From positions 2,904,364 through 2,968,363 of the forward strand of contig CBDCWO010000006.1 in NCBI GenBank assembly GCA_965223405.1: DNA of 64,000 nucleotides, in the 5' to 3' direction. Each line of letters starts with the position of its first letter. The stretch's first letter is position 1. Under the pieces are notes generated by a model. That model searched no databases, was not told where the DNA came from, and was given only the letters and a program-made list of their open reading frames with translations. A program made the translations under genes and the position numbers. Of this stretch, positions 8,276 to 20,251 are shown one piece after another. This DNA comes from Saprospiraceae bacterium (lineage in GTDB: Bacteria > Bacteroidota > Bacteroidia > Chitinophagales > Saprospiraceae).

Positions 8276-10468
8276 TTAATATTCCAACAACTCCATTTCG
8301 ACTTCTTTGCGATCCAGGTCGGCTTCTACGATTTTTACTTTCACCATATCACCAAAAGAAAAAGCGTGACCGGAATGGTTGCTCATTGCCCGGAAGCGGT
8401 TTTCTGACACGGTATAGGACTCTCCCATCGTATTAAAAGGTACTAATCCTTCACACTTGCTATCCTTCAATTCAACAAAAATTCCCTTGTCAATAATACC
8501 CGAAACATATCCGACAAAAGTTTGTCCTATGTACTTTTGCATAAATTCTACTTGCTTGAATTTGACGGATTCCCTTTCGGATTCGATGGCTTTTCGTTCC
8601 TGTAAGGAGATGTGGGTACATTTTTCTTCCAGTAGTCTACCATTCACTCGGTGCAGACTTTTGAGATTTTTTTCGAGGATGCGGTGAGCAAGTACATCAG
8701 AATACCTCCGTATGGGTGAAGTAAAATGGGTATAATTGGCAAAGCCCAAACCAAAATGACCGATGTTGTCGGTAGAATATGCCGCTTTGGCCATGGTGCG
8801 AATGGCTAGTGGCCCTAAAGCTCGGAGCGCTGGGTCTTTGGCCACCGCATACTGTATGCTATTCAGCGATTCTGCAATTTTTCTTGGCGTATCAATCTGC
8901 ATGGTAATTCCCAGCTCTTTAGCAAACAAGCTGAATTCTCTGATTTTCTCCACATCAGGTAGATCATGAATCCGGTAGATAAAAGGAATTTCTTGTTCCT
9001 GTCCTTTGCGGGAAATAAAAATAGCTACTTCCTTATTGGCCAATAGCATAAAATCTTCAATCAATAGATGGGCATCCTTTCTTTCTTTTACCTGGATGCT
9101 TACGGGTTCATTATTCTCATTGAGTACAAATTGTACTTCACTGGATTCAAATTGAATTCCACCACCCTTCAGATTTTCATTGCGTAGTTTCTTGGCAATG
9201 GCGTTCAATTTGCGTAATTCTTTGGCAAATGGTCCGGAACCTGTCTCGATGCACTCTTGTGCCGCTTCATAAGTAAAGCGATGATCGGAGTGAATAATAC
9301 CCTTGCCAAACCATCTGTTGACTAAGCGCCAGTTCCGATCAAAGGTAAATAAAGCAGAAAAAACCAATTTGTCTTCATTAGGCTTTAAAGAGCATAAATC
9401 ATTGGATAATTTTTCCGGCAACATAGGTAACACCCGGTCTACCAGGTATACTGAGGTCGAGCGCTTATATGCTTCCCGGTCAAGCTGGGAGTCTGGTTTT
9501 ACAAAATGGGTTACATCCGCTATGTGGATTCCAATTTCCAGGAATCCATTTTTGAGTACTTTATAGGATAGGGCATCGTCAAAATCTTTGGCCGTTTTAG
9601 GATCGATGGTAAAGGTTAATTCCTGGCGAAAATCTCGGCGATAATTTATTTCAGTTTCCCAATCTATTTTTAACCGATCAGCTTCCAGGTTTGCCGCTTT
9701 GGGAAACCGTAAAGGAAATCCATGATTAATCAAGATAGATTGCATGGCATAATCATTATAATCGGTACCTTCCAGTGTAGTCACAAATTCACCTAATACC
9801 AGATTTTTACCATAGTTCCAATCCAGGATTTCCACAATTATTTTATGATCAGGGTCCACATGGGCAGGTATTTGTTTAAGTAAAATATCAAAAGGGACCA
9901 TCGGGTTATCAGGGATCACATAGATCTTTTTCCTGGATATAAATGGTGTGCCTATAAATTGGTTTGTGGATCGTTCCAACACTTCGATAACTTCGCCCTT
10001 GGGCTTTCGGCCTCTGATTATTCCATTGATTTTTACCTTTACTAAATCACCATGCAATGCGGAATTTAGAGATCGTACATTCACATAAATATCGTCGGGT
10101 AAGTCGGTATCCGTAATGTATGCCGCGCCACTTTGAGTTTGATCTACATAACCGGTAAAAAGTTCGTCATGATTGGAGTTTTCTTGATTTCCAAAAATAT
10201 AGCGACTGTTGATTTTTCGGATGGCGCCTTCTTTTAAAAGTTTTTCCAGTATTTCAGATATCTCCCGTTTACTTATATGTATTCTGGATCTTTTTTGTAT
10301 TTGTTTGAGTGTAAATTGTTTCCCCGGATTCTTCCTGAACATATGGAACACCGCACTCTTTGCCGGCGTACGCTTATAACGATTTGTTTTGTTGTTTTTC
10401 TTTTTCTTCAAAATATGAATATTTGGATTTAGTTGTAAATAAATTATTGTGGGATAGAGATATCTCAA
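8276..10468 (-). CDS. rnr: ribonuclease R (RNB family 3'-5' exoribonuclease). The start is uncertain: TTG at 10468, TTG at 10411 or ATG at 10342.
   Basis: The N-terminal HTH region is NPGKQFTLKQIQ..., preceded by a lysine-rich tail as in Bacteroidetes RNase R. The central RNB catalytic region and the C-terminal S1 domain (GQTFVGYVSGIIDKGIFVEL) are present. Confidence 0.85.
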   Translation of the reverse strand: MRYLYPTIIYLQLNPNIHILKKKKNNKTNRYKRTPAKSAVFHMFRKNPGKQFTLKQIQKRSRIHISKREISEILEKLLKEGAIRKINSRYIFGNQENSNHDELFTGYVDQTQSGAAYITDTDLPDDIYVNVRSLNSALHGDLVKVKINGIIRGRKPKGEVIEVLERSTNQFIGTPFISRKKIYVIPDNPMVPFDILLKQIPAHVDPDHKIIVEILDWNYGKNLVLGEFVTTLEGTDYNDYAMQSILINHGFPLRFPKAANLEADRLKIDWETEINYRRDFRQELTFTIDPKTAKDFDDALSYKVLKNGFLEIGIHIADVTHFVKPDSQLDREAYKRSTSVYLVDRVLPMLPEKLSNDLCSLKPNEDKLVFSALFTFDRNWRLVNRWFGKGIIHSDHRFTYEAAQECIETGSGPFAKELRKLNAIAKKLRNENLKGGGIQFESSEVQFVLNENNEPVSIQVKERKDAHLLIEDFMLLANKEVAIFISRKGQEQEIPFIYRIHDLPDVEKIREFSLFAKELGITMQIDTPRKIAESLNSIQYAVAKDPALRALGPLAIRTMAKAAYSTDNIGHFGLGFANYTHFTSPIRRYSDVLAHRILEKNLKSLHRVNGRLLEEKCTHISLQERKAIESERESVKFKQVEFMQKYIGQTFVGYVSGIIDKGIFVELKDSKCEGLVPFNTMGESYTVSENRFRAMSNHSGHAFSFGDMVKVKIVEADLDRKEVEMELLEY

Positions 10469-10477
10469 CCGGTCCGA

Positions 10478-10987
10478 TCAGGACATGTCGCGAGGAGTGT
10501 AGATAGTACCATCTGCTAAAATTTCTCGATAACTACTCTGACTGGTATGTGCATCGAATTCCGCAAGATCGTTTTGGATACCGGTCATAGTATGAATTAC
10601 CCAGTCCGGATCGATCATCGCTACCTGAACTTTAAGCACAGATCCCTCACAGGATGTACTGGCAATTATTTCCCGATGGATAAAATCCCCTTTTTCCGTA
10701 TAAGTGAGCAGATGATATTGATAGTTTAACATAGATGCTTTCCAAATGATGATCGCCGCAAACTTGCCTGTATCTTTTAATCTGAAGCAGGGGACATACT
10801 CGGTGTACTCATCTTCCATATCCATCCATTCACTGATATATTGACTCACCATTCCCTGGGGTAAAGGATCATTTTGTTGGCTAAAATCATGATGAGTGTC
10901 CTCTCCCAAGGTAACCGGAAGATCAATAATTGGAAATTTGCTTAGAAATTGTTGAAATGTATATTTCTGTTGTTTTTTGATATTCAT
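10478..10987 (-). CDS. hypothetical protein
   Basis: 169-aa ORF co-directional with and 10 bp downstream of rnr. No recognisable motif. Confidence 0.4.
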   Translation of the reverse strand: MNIKKQQKYTFQQFLSKFPIIDLPVTLGEDTHHDFSQQNDPLPQGMVSQYISEWMDMEDEYTEYVPCFRLKDTGKFAAIIIWKASMLNYQYHLLTYTEKGDFIHREIIASTSCEGSVLKVQVAMIDPDWVIHTMTGIQNDLAEFDAHTSQSSYREILADGTIYTPRDMS

Positions 10988-11220
10988 TCAGGTTGCAAAG
11001 GTAATACTTATTCAATTCAAAAAAACAAAACATAGATAAACTCGTCACAAAATAATGGTTTACATGGCCTATCCTGGACCTGGAGATTGTGAATCTGGAT
11101 AGTCTTTTTTAGAATTATTCTAAATAACTATCTTGACGATTCTATTCTTTGAGTAAGCAGGTATAATTAATAGTTTTGGGGCTTATTGCGAGACATGAAT
11201 CAATCAACAAATAGTAATAT

Positions 11221-11907
11221 ATGGGCTGGGTAAGCGACTTTTTTACTTCCTCGCTTGGAAGGAAGCTGGTAATGAGTCTGACAGGCTTATTTTTGATTTT
11301 ATTTTTAGTAATTCATTTAGTCGGAAATCTACAATTATTGAAGACCGATGGAGGTGAGGCTTTTAATATCTACACTGCTTTTATGAGCAAGAATCCCCTC
11401 ATCCAATTGGTTTCCAAAGGACTTTATCTTTTTATATTGATCCATACATTTTTGGGAATAAATCTATGGTGGAAAAACCGCAAAGCCAAAGGTCGAAGGT
11501 ATTTGGTCAGGACCAGTGCGAATGCTTCATTTGCTTCGAAAAACATGGCCCTTTTGGGTATTTTGATTTTTGCATTTATATTAATCCATATGGGTGATTT
11601 TTGGTTTAAAATAAAATTTACCCCGGATATATTTGCGATGATGGAATACGAGGGTATGGATTATGCTGTAAAAAATGCCTATCAACAAGTAGTAATTACA
11701 TTTGAGAAACCCATTTTTGTAATCACCTATGTAATAGGAATGATCGTATTGGCATTTCATCTCTGGCATGGATTCCAAAGTGCTTTTCAAACTCTGGGAT
11801 TAAATCATTCCAAATACACCCCCGCCATTGAATGGATAGGCAAGGCATTTTCAATACTTGTACCTGCCTTATTTGCTTTAATTCCTATTTATATGTATTT
11901 AGCTTAA
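11221..11907 (+). CDS. sdhC: succinate dehydrogenase/fumarate reductase cytochrome b subunit (Bacteroidetes b558 type)
   Basis: 228-aa polytopic membrane protein with conserved His residues. It lies immediately upstream of the flavoprotein subunit. Confidence 0.7.
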   Translation: MGWVSDFFTSSLGRKLVMSLTGLFLILFLVIHLVGNLQLLKTDGGEAFNIYTAFMSKNPLIQLVSKGLYLFILIHTFLGINLWWKNRKAKGRRYLVRTSANASFASKNMALLGILIFAFILIHMGDFWFKIKFTPDIFAMMEYEGMDYAVKNAYQQVVITFEKPIFVITYVIGMIVLAFHLWHGFQSAFQTLGLNHSKYTPAIEWIGKAFSILVPALFALIPIYMYLA

Positions 11908-11908
11908 T

Positions 11909-13912
11909 ATGAAGACAATGAAACTGGATGCCAAAATACCAAGTGGAGAATTAGCGGAAAAATGGACCCAATACCGGTCTACCATGAATCTGGTTGCTCC
12001 CAACAACAAACGAAGGATAGAAATAATCGTAGTTGGAACCGGCCTGGCTGGAGCTTCAGCGGCCGCCTCATTGGGAGAACTTGGATACCAGGTAAAGTGT
12101 TTTACCTTCCATGACAGTCCCCGCCGCGCACATAGCATCGCTGCCCAGGGTGGTATCAATGCTGCCAAAAATTATCAAAATGATGGTGACAGCATTTATC
12201 GATTGTTTTATGACACTATCAAAGGAGGGGATTACCGTTCCCGCGAGGCTAATGTACATCGCCTGGCTGAAGTAAGTGTCGATATCATTGATCAATGTGT
12301 TGCTCAGGGAGTCCCCTTTGCCCGCGAATATGGAGGGTTGCTTGAAAACAGGTCTTTTGGGGGAGTTCAGGTTTCCAGGACCTTTTATGCCCGCGGTCAG
12401 ACAGGACAACAGTTATTGATAGGAGCATATCAGGCATTGGCACGTCAGGTAGCCAGTGGAAGTGTCCAATTGTACCACCGCCATGAAATGTTGGACTTGG
12501 TTGTAGTAGAAGATAAAGCCAGAGGGATTATTACCCGCAACCTGATTACCGGTGAAATTGAGCGCCATGCAGCTCATTGTGTGGTATTGGCAACCGGAGG
12601 ATATGGGAATGTCTTTTATTTATCTACCAATGCCATGGGCTGCAATGTAACCGCTGCCTGGCAAGCTGTGAAAAGAGGAGCTTTGATGTCTCACCCTTGC
12701 TTTACTCAAATCCATCCAACCTGTATTCCTGTTTCCGGTAGTTATCAGTCTAAACTGACCTTGATGTCTGAGTCACTCAGAAACGACGGGCGGGTATGGG
12801 TTCCCAAAAACTTAGAGGATGTAAAGGCCATTCGGGAAGAAACTAAATCTCCCAATGATATTCCTGAAGAAGACCGGGATTACTATCTGGAAAGAAGATA
12901 TCCGGCCTTCGGCAATCTGGTGCCCAGAGATGTAGCCTCGCGAGCAGCAAAAATGGTATGTGACGATGGATTCGGAGTAAATAAAAGCGGATTGGCGGTT
13001 TATCTGGATTTTGCCGATGCTATTGTGCGCTATGGCAAATCCAGAGCACAATCTCTGGGTATAAAAAATCCGGATGCAAAAACCATTAAGAAATATGGAG
13101 ATGAAGTAATTGCTGAAAAATATGGAAACCTATTCCAAATGTATGAAAAGATTACCGGTGTAGATCCATATAATAATCCAATGATGATTTATCCTGCAGT
13201 TCACTACACCATGGGAGGATTGTGGGTAGATTATAATTTGGAAACCAACATCCCCGGACTGTTTGCTTTGGGTGAATGCAATTTTAGTGATCACGGAGCC
13301 AATCGTCTTGGAGCCTCTGCTTTGATGCAAGGTCTTGCAGACGGATACTTTGTGATCCCGTATACGATAGGACAGTTTTTGTCCGGAGAAATAAGGACAC
13401 CGGCTATTAGCGCCGACTTGCCGGAATTTAAAGCTGCTGAGGAAAGTATCCGCAATAAAATCGAGCGGCTTATGAATATTGGCGGCAACCGGTCAGTAGA
13501 AAGTTTCCATCGCGAATTGGGATTGATCATGTGGAACCACTGTGGGATGTCCCGATCTGCTGAAGGCTTAAGGGAAGGTCGAGAGAAGATCCGAGCCCTT
13601 AGAGAAGAATTTTGGAAAGATGCATTTGTTCCGGGTTCTGCTAATGAATTCAATCCCGAACTTGAAAAAGCTTCCCGAGTAGCAGATTTTCTGGAACTGG
13701 GAGAAATGATGATTTTAGATGCCTTGGATCGCAATGAATCGTGCGGTGGTCATTTCCGTGAAGAATACCAAACTCCGGAGGGAGAAGCGATGCGGGATGA
13801 TAAAAATTATGCTTACGTTTCGGCTTGGGAATGGGACGAAAATGAACCTGTGATGCACAAAGAACCCTTGCACTTTGAAAATGTAGAATTAAAAACCAGA
13901 AGTTATAAATAA
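11909..13912 (+). CDS. sdhA: succinate dehydrogenase/fumarate reductase flavoprotein subunit
   Basis: 667 aa. It has an FAD-binding GxGxAG motif ([12 protein letters not shown]), the covalent-FAD histidine region [12 protein letters not shown] and the C-terminal capping domain. Confidence 0.9.
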   Translation: MKTMKLDAKIPSGELAEKWTQYRSTMNLVAPNNKRRIEIIVVGTGLAGASAAASLGELGYQVKCFTFHDSPRRAHSIAAQGGINAAKNYQNDGDSIYRLFYDTIKGGDYRSREANVHRLAEVSVDIIDQCVAQGVPFAREYGGLLENRSFGGVQVSRTFYARGQTGQQLLIGAYQALARQVASGSVQLYHRHEMLDLVVVEDKARGIITRNLITGEIERHAAHCVVLATGGYGNVFYLSTNAMGCNVTAAWQAVKRGALMSHPCFTQIHPTCIPVSGSYQSKLTLMSESLRNDGRVWVPKNLEDVKAIREETKSPNDIPEEDRDYYLERRYPAFGNLVPRDVASRAAKMVCDDGFGVNKSGLAVYLDFADAIVRYGKSRAQSLGIKNPDAKTIKKYGDEVIAEKYGNLFQMYEKITGVDPYNNPMMIYPAVHYTMGGLWVDYNLETNIPGLFALGECNFSDHGANRLGASALMQGLADGYFVIPYTIGQFLSGEIRTPAISADLPEFKAAEESIRNKIERLMNIGGNRSVESFHRELGLIMWNHCGMSRSAEGLREGREKIRALREEFWKDAFVPGSANEFNPELEKASRVADFLELGEMMILDALDRNESCGGHFREEYQTPEGEAMRDDKNYAYVSAWEWDENEPVMHKEPLHFENVELKTRSYK

Positions 13913-13987
13913 ATGAAAGAGAGGATGAAAATCCTAGTTCTGTCGTATGAAGTTTATTCTCTCTGTATTAACAAATTCAATTAGCAG

Positions 13988-14734
13988 ATGAAACTGACAC
14001 TTAAAGTCTGGAGACAAAAGAATGCTCAATCAAAAGGAGGATTTCAATCCTATCAGGTCGAGGCCAATGAACATATGTCATTCCTGGAAATGCTTGACGT
14101 ATTGAATGAATCATTAGTAGCTAAACGGGAGGAACCGGTTGCTTTTGACCACGATTGCAGGGAAGGTATTTGTGGTGCTTGCAGCCTGGTCATCAATGGC
14201 AGACCCCATGGATCATTGCAAGGAACGACTGTATGTCAGTTGCACATGCGCTTCTTTAAAGATGGAGAGACTGTAGTGATAGAACCATTTATTGCCCGTG
14301 GATTTCCAGTCATTAAAGATCTGGTCGTTGACAGAACCGCTTTCGATCGGATCATTCAGGCCGGGGGATTTATCTCTGTCAATACCGGTCAAGCGCCGGA
14401 TGGAAATTCAATCCCGGTAGAAAAGGATATCGCTGAAAAGTCCATGGATGCTGCAGCTTGTATCGGATGTGGAGCCTGTGTTGCCGCATGCCCCAATGGT
14501 TCGGCGATGTTATTTACCAGCGCCAAAGTGGCTCACTTAGGTCTGTTACCTCAAGGAGAGGTTGAAAAACAACGCCGGGTACAATCCATGGTAAAACAAA
14601 TGGATAAAGAGGGATTTGGAATGTGCTCGAATATCAAAGCGTGTGAAGTGGAATGTCCCAAAGAAATCAGCGTGGAAAACATTGCCAGAATGAACCGCGA
14701 CTATTATAGTTCGATGGTTTCATCGGATAAATAA
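13988..14734 (+). CDS. sdhB: succinate dehydrogenase/fumarate reductase iron-sulfur subunit
   Basis: 248 aa. It has a 2Fe-2S ferredoxin motif (CREGICGAC) and 4Fe-4S/3Fe-4S Cys clusters ([24 protein letters not shown]). Confidence 0.9.
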   Translation: MKLTLKVWRQKNAQSKGGFQSYQVEANEHMSFLEMLDVLNESLVAKREEPVAFDHDCREGICGACSLVINGRPHGSLQGTTVCQLHMRFFKDGETVVIEPFIARGFPVIKDLVVDRTAFDRIIQAGGFISVNTGQAPDGNSIPVEKDIAEKSMDAAACIGCGACVAACPNGSAMLFTSAKVAHLGLLPQGEVEKQRRVQSMVKQMDKEGFGMCSNIKACEVECPKEISVENIARMNRDYYSSMVSSDK

Positions 14735-14794
14735 AGTGGGTCAGAGTAGCAGATCGAGTTATGGCCGAACTGTTAATTTCACAAATCTAAGATA

Positions 14795-16159
14795 TCAAAA
14801 CATGCTTTCCAACCATTCTTTTTCGGCAATGGAATTCTCAGCGATAAATCTGGATCTTATTTTTTGTTTTTGCACCGGATTGAGATAATCCCATTTGATC
14901 AATTCCTCCAAATAGCGAATAAAATTCAGAAAAGCCTTTTTGTGATATCCTATTCTTTTTTGACGATAGATGTATGCTTTCATCGCCAATAAATGATATT
15001 CCAATAAAGACCAATCCTTGCTTTCAAAATATATTTTAGCTAGTAATGATTTACTAACCAAATTAAAAAGTAGGCTCTTGAAATGAATATTTAGTAATTG
15101 TGCAGATGCTCGCTCATATTCTCGGGTCACATAATAAATCCTGGCAAGACTCAGTTTGTACAACTCTTCTCTCTGATCCGGTGCTAGATGTGGCTTATAC
15201 GTTTCAATGAACTTTTTTGTCCAATTGATTTCTTGATTTTTTATGGCCAGAGCAGTAATATTGGTGTAAGTGAAATTGCTCATCAGATTATTTTCTAATA
15301 ATACACCCATTTCCAATCCCAATTTGTAAAGGTCTAGCGAAATCACTTCATAATCCTTATTTCCTTCATTAAGTTTCTTTATGGAATAGTTATTTACTAC
15401 CATAAATAAGTCCCTTAATTCCGTTTGGGGGAATTGTCTGAAATTCTCCATCATATTCGAAAATACTCGATGAAAATATTTTTCATCCTGGGTGGTTACC
15501 ATATGGTAATAATCATAATAGATCCGGATAGTAGGTAATTCCAATAGATTTTCCTTTTCGATGTATTCGATTACTGATGGCAGTATGCCAAAATCAAATT
15601 GGGTATTAAATACCGAACTATTGGCTAAAAGGGGATAGCTATTTCTCATGATAGCCGAAATAAACGCGAGATTATTGGCAGAAAATTGACGCTGAATGGT
15701 TTCAGGATCGTTGGTCTGTCCCAGTTTATCTCCTAAGATCATTTGTCTCCAATAATGGTCTGCATTGCGATAGGGTAGTTCGCGGTTTTTCTTTTCCAGC
15801 CGGTGATGAATTTGATCGGCGTACTTTTTAAGGCCTTTTTGTTTGTAGATTTCAGCTAGATGAAGTTGATATTCGTATGATTCGGGGGACAGCAACGCAT
15901 TTACCAGATATTGCTCGACTTTTTTTAACAAATCGGATTTTAATAATCGAATCTTAATGTCTTGATAGATTTGTCCTGGATAGAGTCTTTGAAAAATTGT
16001 TTGTTTAAAAACTTCCGAAACAATCCATCCATTTTCTTCCAGCTCATTGAAAAATAATTTTGCTGGACTTTCCTTACCTGATTTATCCAGCATCATGAGT
16101 TTCAGGTTCTCCAATTCACGCAAAGTCAGAGACTTTAACAAATCTTCTAATTTGGCCAT
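14795..16159 (-). CDS. hypothetical protein (helical, TPR-like)
   Basis: 454-aa ORF with compositionally normal coding sequence. No diagnostic motif. Confidence 0.5.
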   Translation of the reverse strand: MAKLEDLLKSLTLRELENLKLMMLDKSGKESPAKLFFNELEENGWIVSEVFKQTIFQRLYPGQIYQDIKIRLLKSDLLKKVEQYLVNALLSPESYEYQLHLAEIYKQKGLKKYADQIHHRLEKKNRELPYRNADHYWRQMILGDKLGQTNDPETIQRQFSANNLAFISAIMRNSYPLLANSSVFNTQFDFGILPSVIEYIEKENLLELPTIRIYYDYYHMVTTQDEKYFHRVFSNMMENFRQFPQTELRDLFMVVNNYSIKKLNEGNKDYEVISLDLYKLGLEMGVLLENNLMSNFTYTNITALAIKNQEINWTKKFIETYKPHLAPDQREELYKLSLARIYYVTREYERASAQLLNIHFKSLLFNLVSKSLLAKIYFESKDWSLLEYHLLAMKAYIYRQKRIGYHKKAFLNFIRYLEELIKWDYLNPVQKQKIRSRFIAENSIAEKEWLESMF

Positions 16160-16319
16160 TTACACATATTTAGCATTTGTAGTCATAAATATTTGATAAT
16201 CAATAAAAATAGCTTAACTACAAATCTAAATCATTTCTACAATTGTTATAATTAATAATTGCGAAATTCAAAAAATAAACCCAATTTTACTTCATCAATG
16301 AAGTTTTCACCATAGTCCA

Positions 16320-18536
16320 ATGAATTTGATCACTACATATAGCCGGAATTTCATCAAAGTCCTGTTTTGGATATTCCTTCTGGGTCTTTCGAAGATCAGC
16401 TTATCTCAGGATGGGTTACTTTCTGTGGAAATTTCAGAATCGACTGACGATGTAACTGCCATAGTATCTCTACAGGCAGAAAGTAAGATATTGGGGATGC
16501 AATTTAGCGTAAATTGGGATCCCGTAGTATTACAATACGCCAATATAGAATTGCTTCAGAATTTTAATCAAAGACCAGAATCTACCGTTGGCATTAGTGC
16601 TCCCAAAGGAGTATTATCCTTTCTGTGGATCGGACCTGTACTAGAAAATGACAATCCGTTCGATTTTACCAATTCCCTTCCTCTTTTTAAACTGACTTTT
16701 AAAAAACGGATTCCGGTTGCTCCTTTTGTATTTGTAAATGACGATCCCACCATCATTGAAATCTTTAACTATGCCGATCAGATTTTAGCCATTCAGACAG
16801 CAACCAATCTGGAAGGAATTGCCATTACCAACGGTAAAGTTTATTGGGATGAAGACGATAATTGCATTAATAACGACGAAACTAATTTGGCCAATAAGAT
16901 TATCGAACTCATCAATCTGGAAAATGGACAAATTCAGAGTAGAATTACCAATGAAAATGGAGAGTTCTGGTTTCCGGTAAGTGATGGAAATTTTGCGATT
17001 ACCGCTATCAACCCACATCAATTGTGGGCACCCTGTGAAGACACCCTTTTCTTTGCTGTAGAGAATCTTTCTGCTCCTTTTATCAACCTGGGATTGAAAC
17101 CGGCAAAGATATGCCCAAAGCTGGTGATCGAAACACAAATCCCGGTACTACGCAGATGTTTTGAAAATGATGCCTACATCCAATATCGCAATATCGGTAC
17201 GGCCCTGGCCGAAAACATTTCTATTCGACTGAAATTAGATCCGCTACTTACCCTAACTCAATGTCCATTTCCCTATGTGGAGGACGGGGATTCGGTTTAC
17301 ATTCAAATACCAGATCTTGGGATCAATCAGGATTCTACATTTCGCATCAAATTATTGGTTGATTGTGACCATTCCTTCTTGGGGCAAACTCATTGTTTTT
17401 CGGCAACCATACATCCTCACGACGCTTGTGGGGAATTTCAAGGAACCTGGGAAGGAAGCCAACTGGCGGTACGCACTAATTGTGAGAATGATTCGGTAAA
17501 ACTTGAGCTTCGCAATATAGGACCCGGTCCGATGAATACCCAAACCCGGTTTATCGTTACTGAGGATATTGTGATATTCCTTAAAGAGGATGTTCAATTG
17601 GATTTTCAGGAAGATTTCCGTCTCGATATTCCGGCTACTGGTAAAACGTACCGCTTGCACGCCGTTCAGGAAACAGGATATCCCGGTCCACAAGATGTAG
17701 TGGCATTTGTGGAAGGATGCGGTCAGGGTAATCCCATCAGTAAAGGGATTCCTACCCAATTTCAAGATTATGACGATGTCACCTATTACGCATTGGAATG
17801 TGTGGAAAATAAAGGATCATTTGATCCCAATGACAAATCAGCTATCCCCAAAGGTCTAGGTGAAAACCATGAAATTGATTCCATCACTAAACTGGAATAT
17901 TTAATCCGGTTTCAAAATATAGGAACAGACACCGCTTTTTCAGTCATCATTTTGGACACACTGGATCCAAATTTGGATACCTACACACTGCAGGTCGGAC
18001 CCAGTTCCCATCAATTCAGCTTCGATGTTAATGAGTCCGGAATATTGAGAATTATTTTCGATCAAATCAATTTGGCAGACAGTAATACCAACGAATTGGA
18101 ATCGCATGGTTTCATCAAAGTTTCCATAAGAGTAAGATCTGATGCAGAGATTGGAACGATTATTAATAACCGCTCTGCCATCTATTTTGATTTCAACGAC
18201 CCAATTCTGACCAACACGGTTCAACATCAAATCGCAGAACCTTTGATAGACATCCGATCATTTATTTCGATTAATAAGACAAACCCTATTCAAGTGGTCA
18301 TTGTCCCAAATCCGGTAGTAAATGACAGTTATTTACGCCTCAAAGGTGATGAGTCGAACGATTGGCAAAACTACAGGTTCGGAATCTATGACATGCAAGG
18401 TAGAATGGTTCAACATTTCCGGGCGGATGGGAGCCACACCAGATATGTACCCTTAAGTGGAATGCGAGGGATTTATTTTATCAAGGTCTATCGCGACCGT
18501 AAAATACAAGGGGTAGGAAAGATGATCATACCCTGA
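16320..18536 (+). CDS. secreted T9SS cargo protein with an N-terminal cohesin-like domain and a C-terminal Por/T9SS sorting domain
   Basis: 738 aa. It has a signal peptide. The C-terminal ~80 aa (YRFGIYDMQGRMVQHF...GIYFIKVYRDRKIQGVGKMIIP) matches the T9SS type-A CTD pattern. Confidence 0.7.
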   Translation: MNLITTYSRNFIKVLFWIFLLGLSKISLSQDGLLSVEISESTDDVTAIVSLQAESKILGMQFSVNWDPVVLQYANIELLQNFNQRPESTVGISAPKGVLSFLWIGPVLENDNPFDFTNSLPLFKLTFKKRIPVAPFVFVNDDPTIIEIFNYADQILAIQTATNLEGIAITNGKVYWDEDDNCINNDETNLANKIIELINLENGQIQSRITNENGEFWFPVSDGNFAITAINPHQLWAPCEDTLFFAVENLSAPFINLGLKPAKICPKLVIETQIPVLRRCFENDAYIQYRNIGTALAENISIRLKLDPLLTLTQCPFPYVEDGDSVYIQIPDLGINQDSTFRIKLLVDCDHSFLGQTHCFSATIHPHDACGEFQGTWEGSQLAVRTNCENDSVKLELRNIGPGPMNTQTRFIVTEDIVIFLKEDVQLDFQEDFRLDIPATGKTYRLHAVQETGYPGPQDVVAFVEGCGQGNPISKGIPTQFQDYDDVTYYALECVENKGSFDPNDKSAIPKGLGENHEIDSITKLEYLIRFQNIGTDTAFSVIILDTLDPNLDTYTLQVGPSSHQFSFDVNESGILRIIFDQINLADSNTNELESHGFIKVSIRVRSDAEIGTIINNRSAIYFDFNDPILTNTVQHQIAEPLIDIRSFISINKTNPIQVVIVPNPVVNDSYLRLKGDESNDWQNYRFGIYDMQGRMVQHFRADGSHTRYVPLSGMRGIYFIKVYRDRKIQGVGKMIIP

Positions 18537-18602
18537 TTTAGTAAGGTTATTCCGGGTTATCTTTTAGGATAACATTTTTATAAAGAATGCTTCATGGACA
18601 AA

Positions 18603-18640
18603 AGCCGCAGCTTAAAGAAGATTGCGGCTTTTGTTATTTT
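18603..18640 (+). terminator. rho-independent terminator after the T9SS cargo gene
   Basis: An 8-bp stem aagccgca/tgcggctt with a 13-nt loop, followed by ttgttatttt. Confidence 0.5.
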
Positions 18641-19306
18641 AAGTCCGAAGTATGAACTAAGGATGATCGAACATCTTACAACCTATCGACATAAAATCTT
18701 TCAGCAGCAATACATCACAACTTGATATTTAATCAATTAAGTAAAATACTATGCGACCCCTCCAAAGGTGTCTCCACGGAGTCATGACCTCTTGGACACC
18801 AAATAACAGGGATGCCATTCATGAACCCTTTACCGCATTTATCGCGCAGGAATTTCCTTCGATTTAATCCATTAAATCTTCAGAAAATAGCCTTATTGGT
18901 GAAATTTTCTACGGATTCTCCGCCGGCCAAAGTCTCGTACGGATATTTGTACCAGAGCTTATAGCCCCGGAGGGCGGGCTGGTACTTCGCAATAATTCAG
19001 GTTTAAACCAACCCAATGAAGAATAACCTGCTTCCTTGGCCAAAATCTGTGCTAATTTTTACTAATGACGAAAATATAGTAACTTTAATATGGAATTTTG
19101 GTCCTAACTACAATCTCGGATTCTTGTGTATCAGGTACTGAAAAATATAACGCTCAAAATGGAATCCCACCAGTCAAATTATTCTTGCTGTAGAGCCCGT
19201 CGCATAACTCACCATGTTTATGGTCTCTTCTTTGAAAAAACCACATCGCTACGCCCAAAAAGCGCAATTACAATTTTAAACATAATGTAATCCTTAACCA
19301 AATACC

Positions 19307-20164
19307 ATGAAGAAATTAGCCATTCTGATCTTTCTAGTCAATACAATAATAATCTGTGATGCGCAAATTCAAAAAATGGATATTTATAGTGATGGCACCT
19401 TATTAAACGCTTATATATACCAAACTGAGGGTACTGGGCAGCCGACTTTGATATGGTGTCATGGCAATCCGGGAATGAAAGAAAATGGAGAATCAAAATT
19501 TGCGGTGGCATTAAACAAACTTGGAATAAATGTTTTAAGATTTAACTACCGGGGATTATGGGATACTCCGGGGATTTACAAATTAAGCAACTCTATCGAG
19601 GACCTGGCCAATGTTTTAGATCATATCTATAAGCCTGAAATAATTACAAAACATAAGATAGATACTAATCAGATCTTTGTAGGTGGATATAGCTTTGGAA
19701 CTCATGTTGTTTTGGTTTCAGCCCTTGATAATCAAAGGATAAAAAATATTTACTGTCAGGGGATCGCAGATCACAACTATTTTTACTTTACACCCAAATC
19801 CTTGGACCCCAATAATGTGAAGCAGTGGAGAGAATTGCTTCCTTCTGTTAATGAGGTACTCTGGGGATCTGAACCAAAATTTGATGAAATATATAATCCT
19901 TTCAATACGGACATCCTTAAGAACACTTATGAGTTTGACTTTGTATCGAATGCGGAAAAACTTAAAGACAAGAAAATATTTATTGTCGTAGGACTAAATG
20001 ACTTGACCGTTCCCATTGAATTTAATTTTTTACCATTTCACAGAAAACTTGTGAAAATGAACCATGAAAACTACACCTATAAAATATTGGAGTCAGATCA
20101 TTATTTCAGAAATGTCAGTGTAGGTGAAAGAGCTCAATTGATTGCTGATTGGATCAATAACTAA
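19307..20164 (+). CDS. secreted alpha/beta hydrolase (dienelactone hydrolase / peptidase S9-like fold)
   Basis: 285 aa with a signal peptide, a nucleophile elbow GYSFG, and a C-terminal Asp/His region. Confidence 0.6.
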   Translation: MKKLAILIFLVNTIIICDAQIQKMDIYSDGTLLNAYIYQTEGTGQPTLIWCHGNPGMKENGESKFAVALNKLGINVLRFNYRGLWDTPGIYKLSNSIEDLANVLDHIYKPEIITKHKIDTNQIFVGGYSFGTHVVLVSALDNQRIKNIYCQGIADHNYFYFTPKSLDPNNVKQWRELLPSVNEVLWGSEPKFDEIYNPFNTDILKNTYEFDFVSNAEKLKDKKIFIVVGLNDLTVPIEFNFLPFHRKLVKMNHENYTYKILESDHYFRNVSVGERAQLIADWINN

Positions 20165-20251
20165 TCCAGTTTGGCTGCGCCGCCAATTTAGGGAGTACCT
20201 CAATTAATTGCTTAACCGACCTTATTTTATGAATCTCATAACCGTATAACG

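Noticed and set aside
8141-8407. 88-aa plus-strand ORF between the IS and the RNase R gene
   Set aside because: It overlaps the 3' end of the RNase R CDS on the other strand and has a hydrophobic low-complexity translation. Not supported.
949-18230. Numerous 60-140-aa ORFs on the opposite strand inside large genes (e.g. 949-1197, 3261-3608, 12068-12409, 13291-13734, 16785-17138, 17352-17765)
   Set aside because: They are antisense shadow ORFs within well-supported CDSs and have no independent support.
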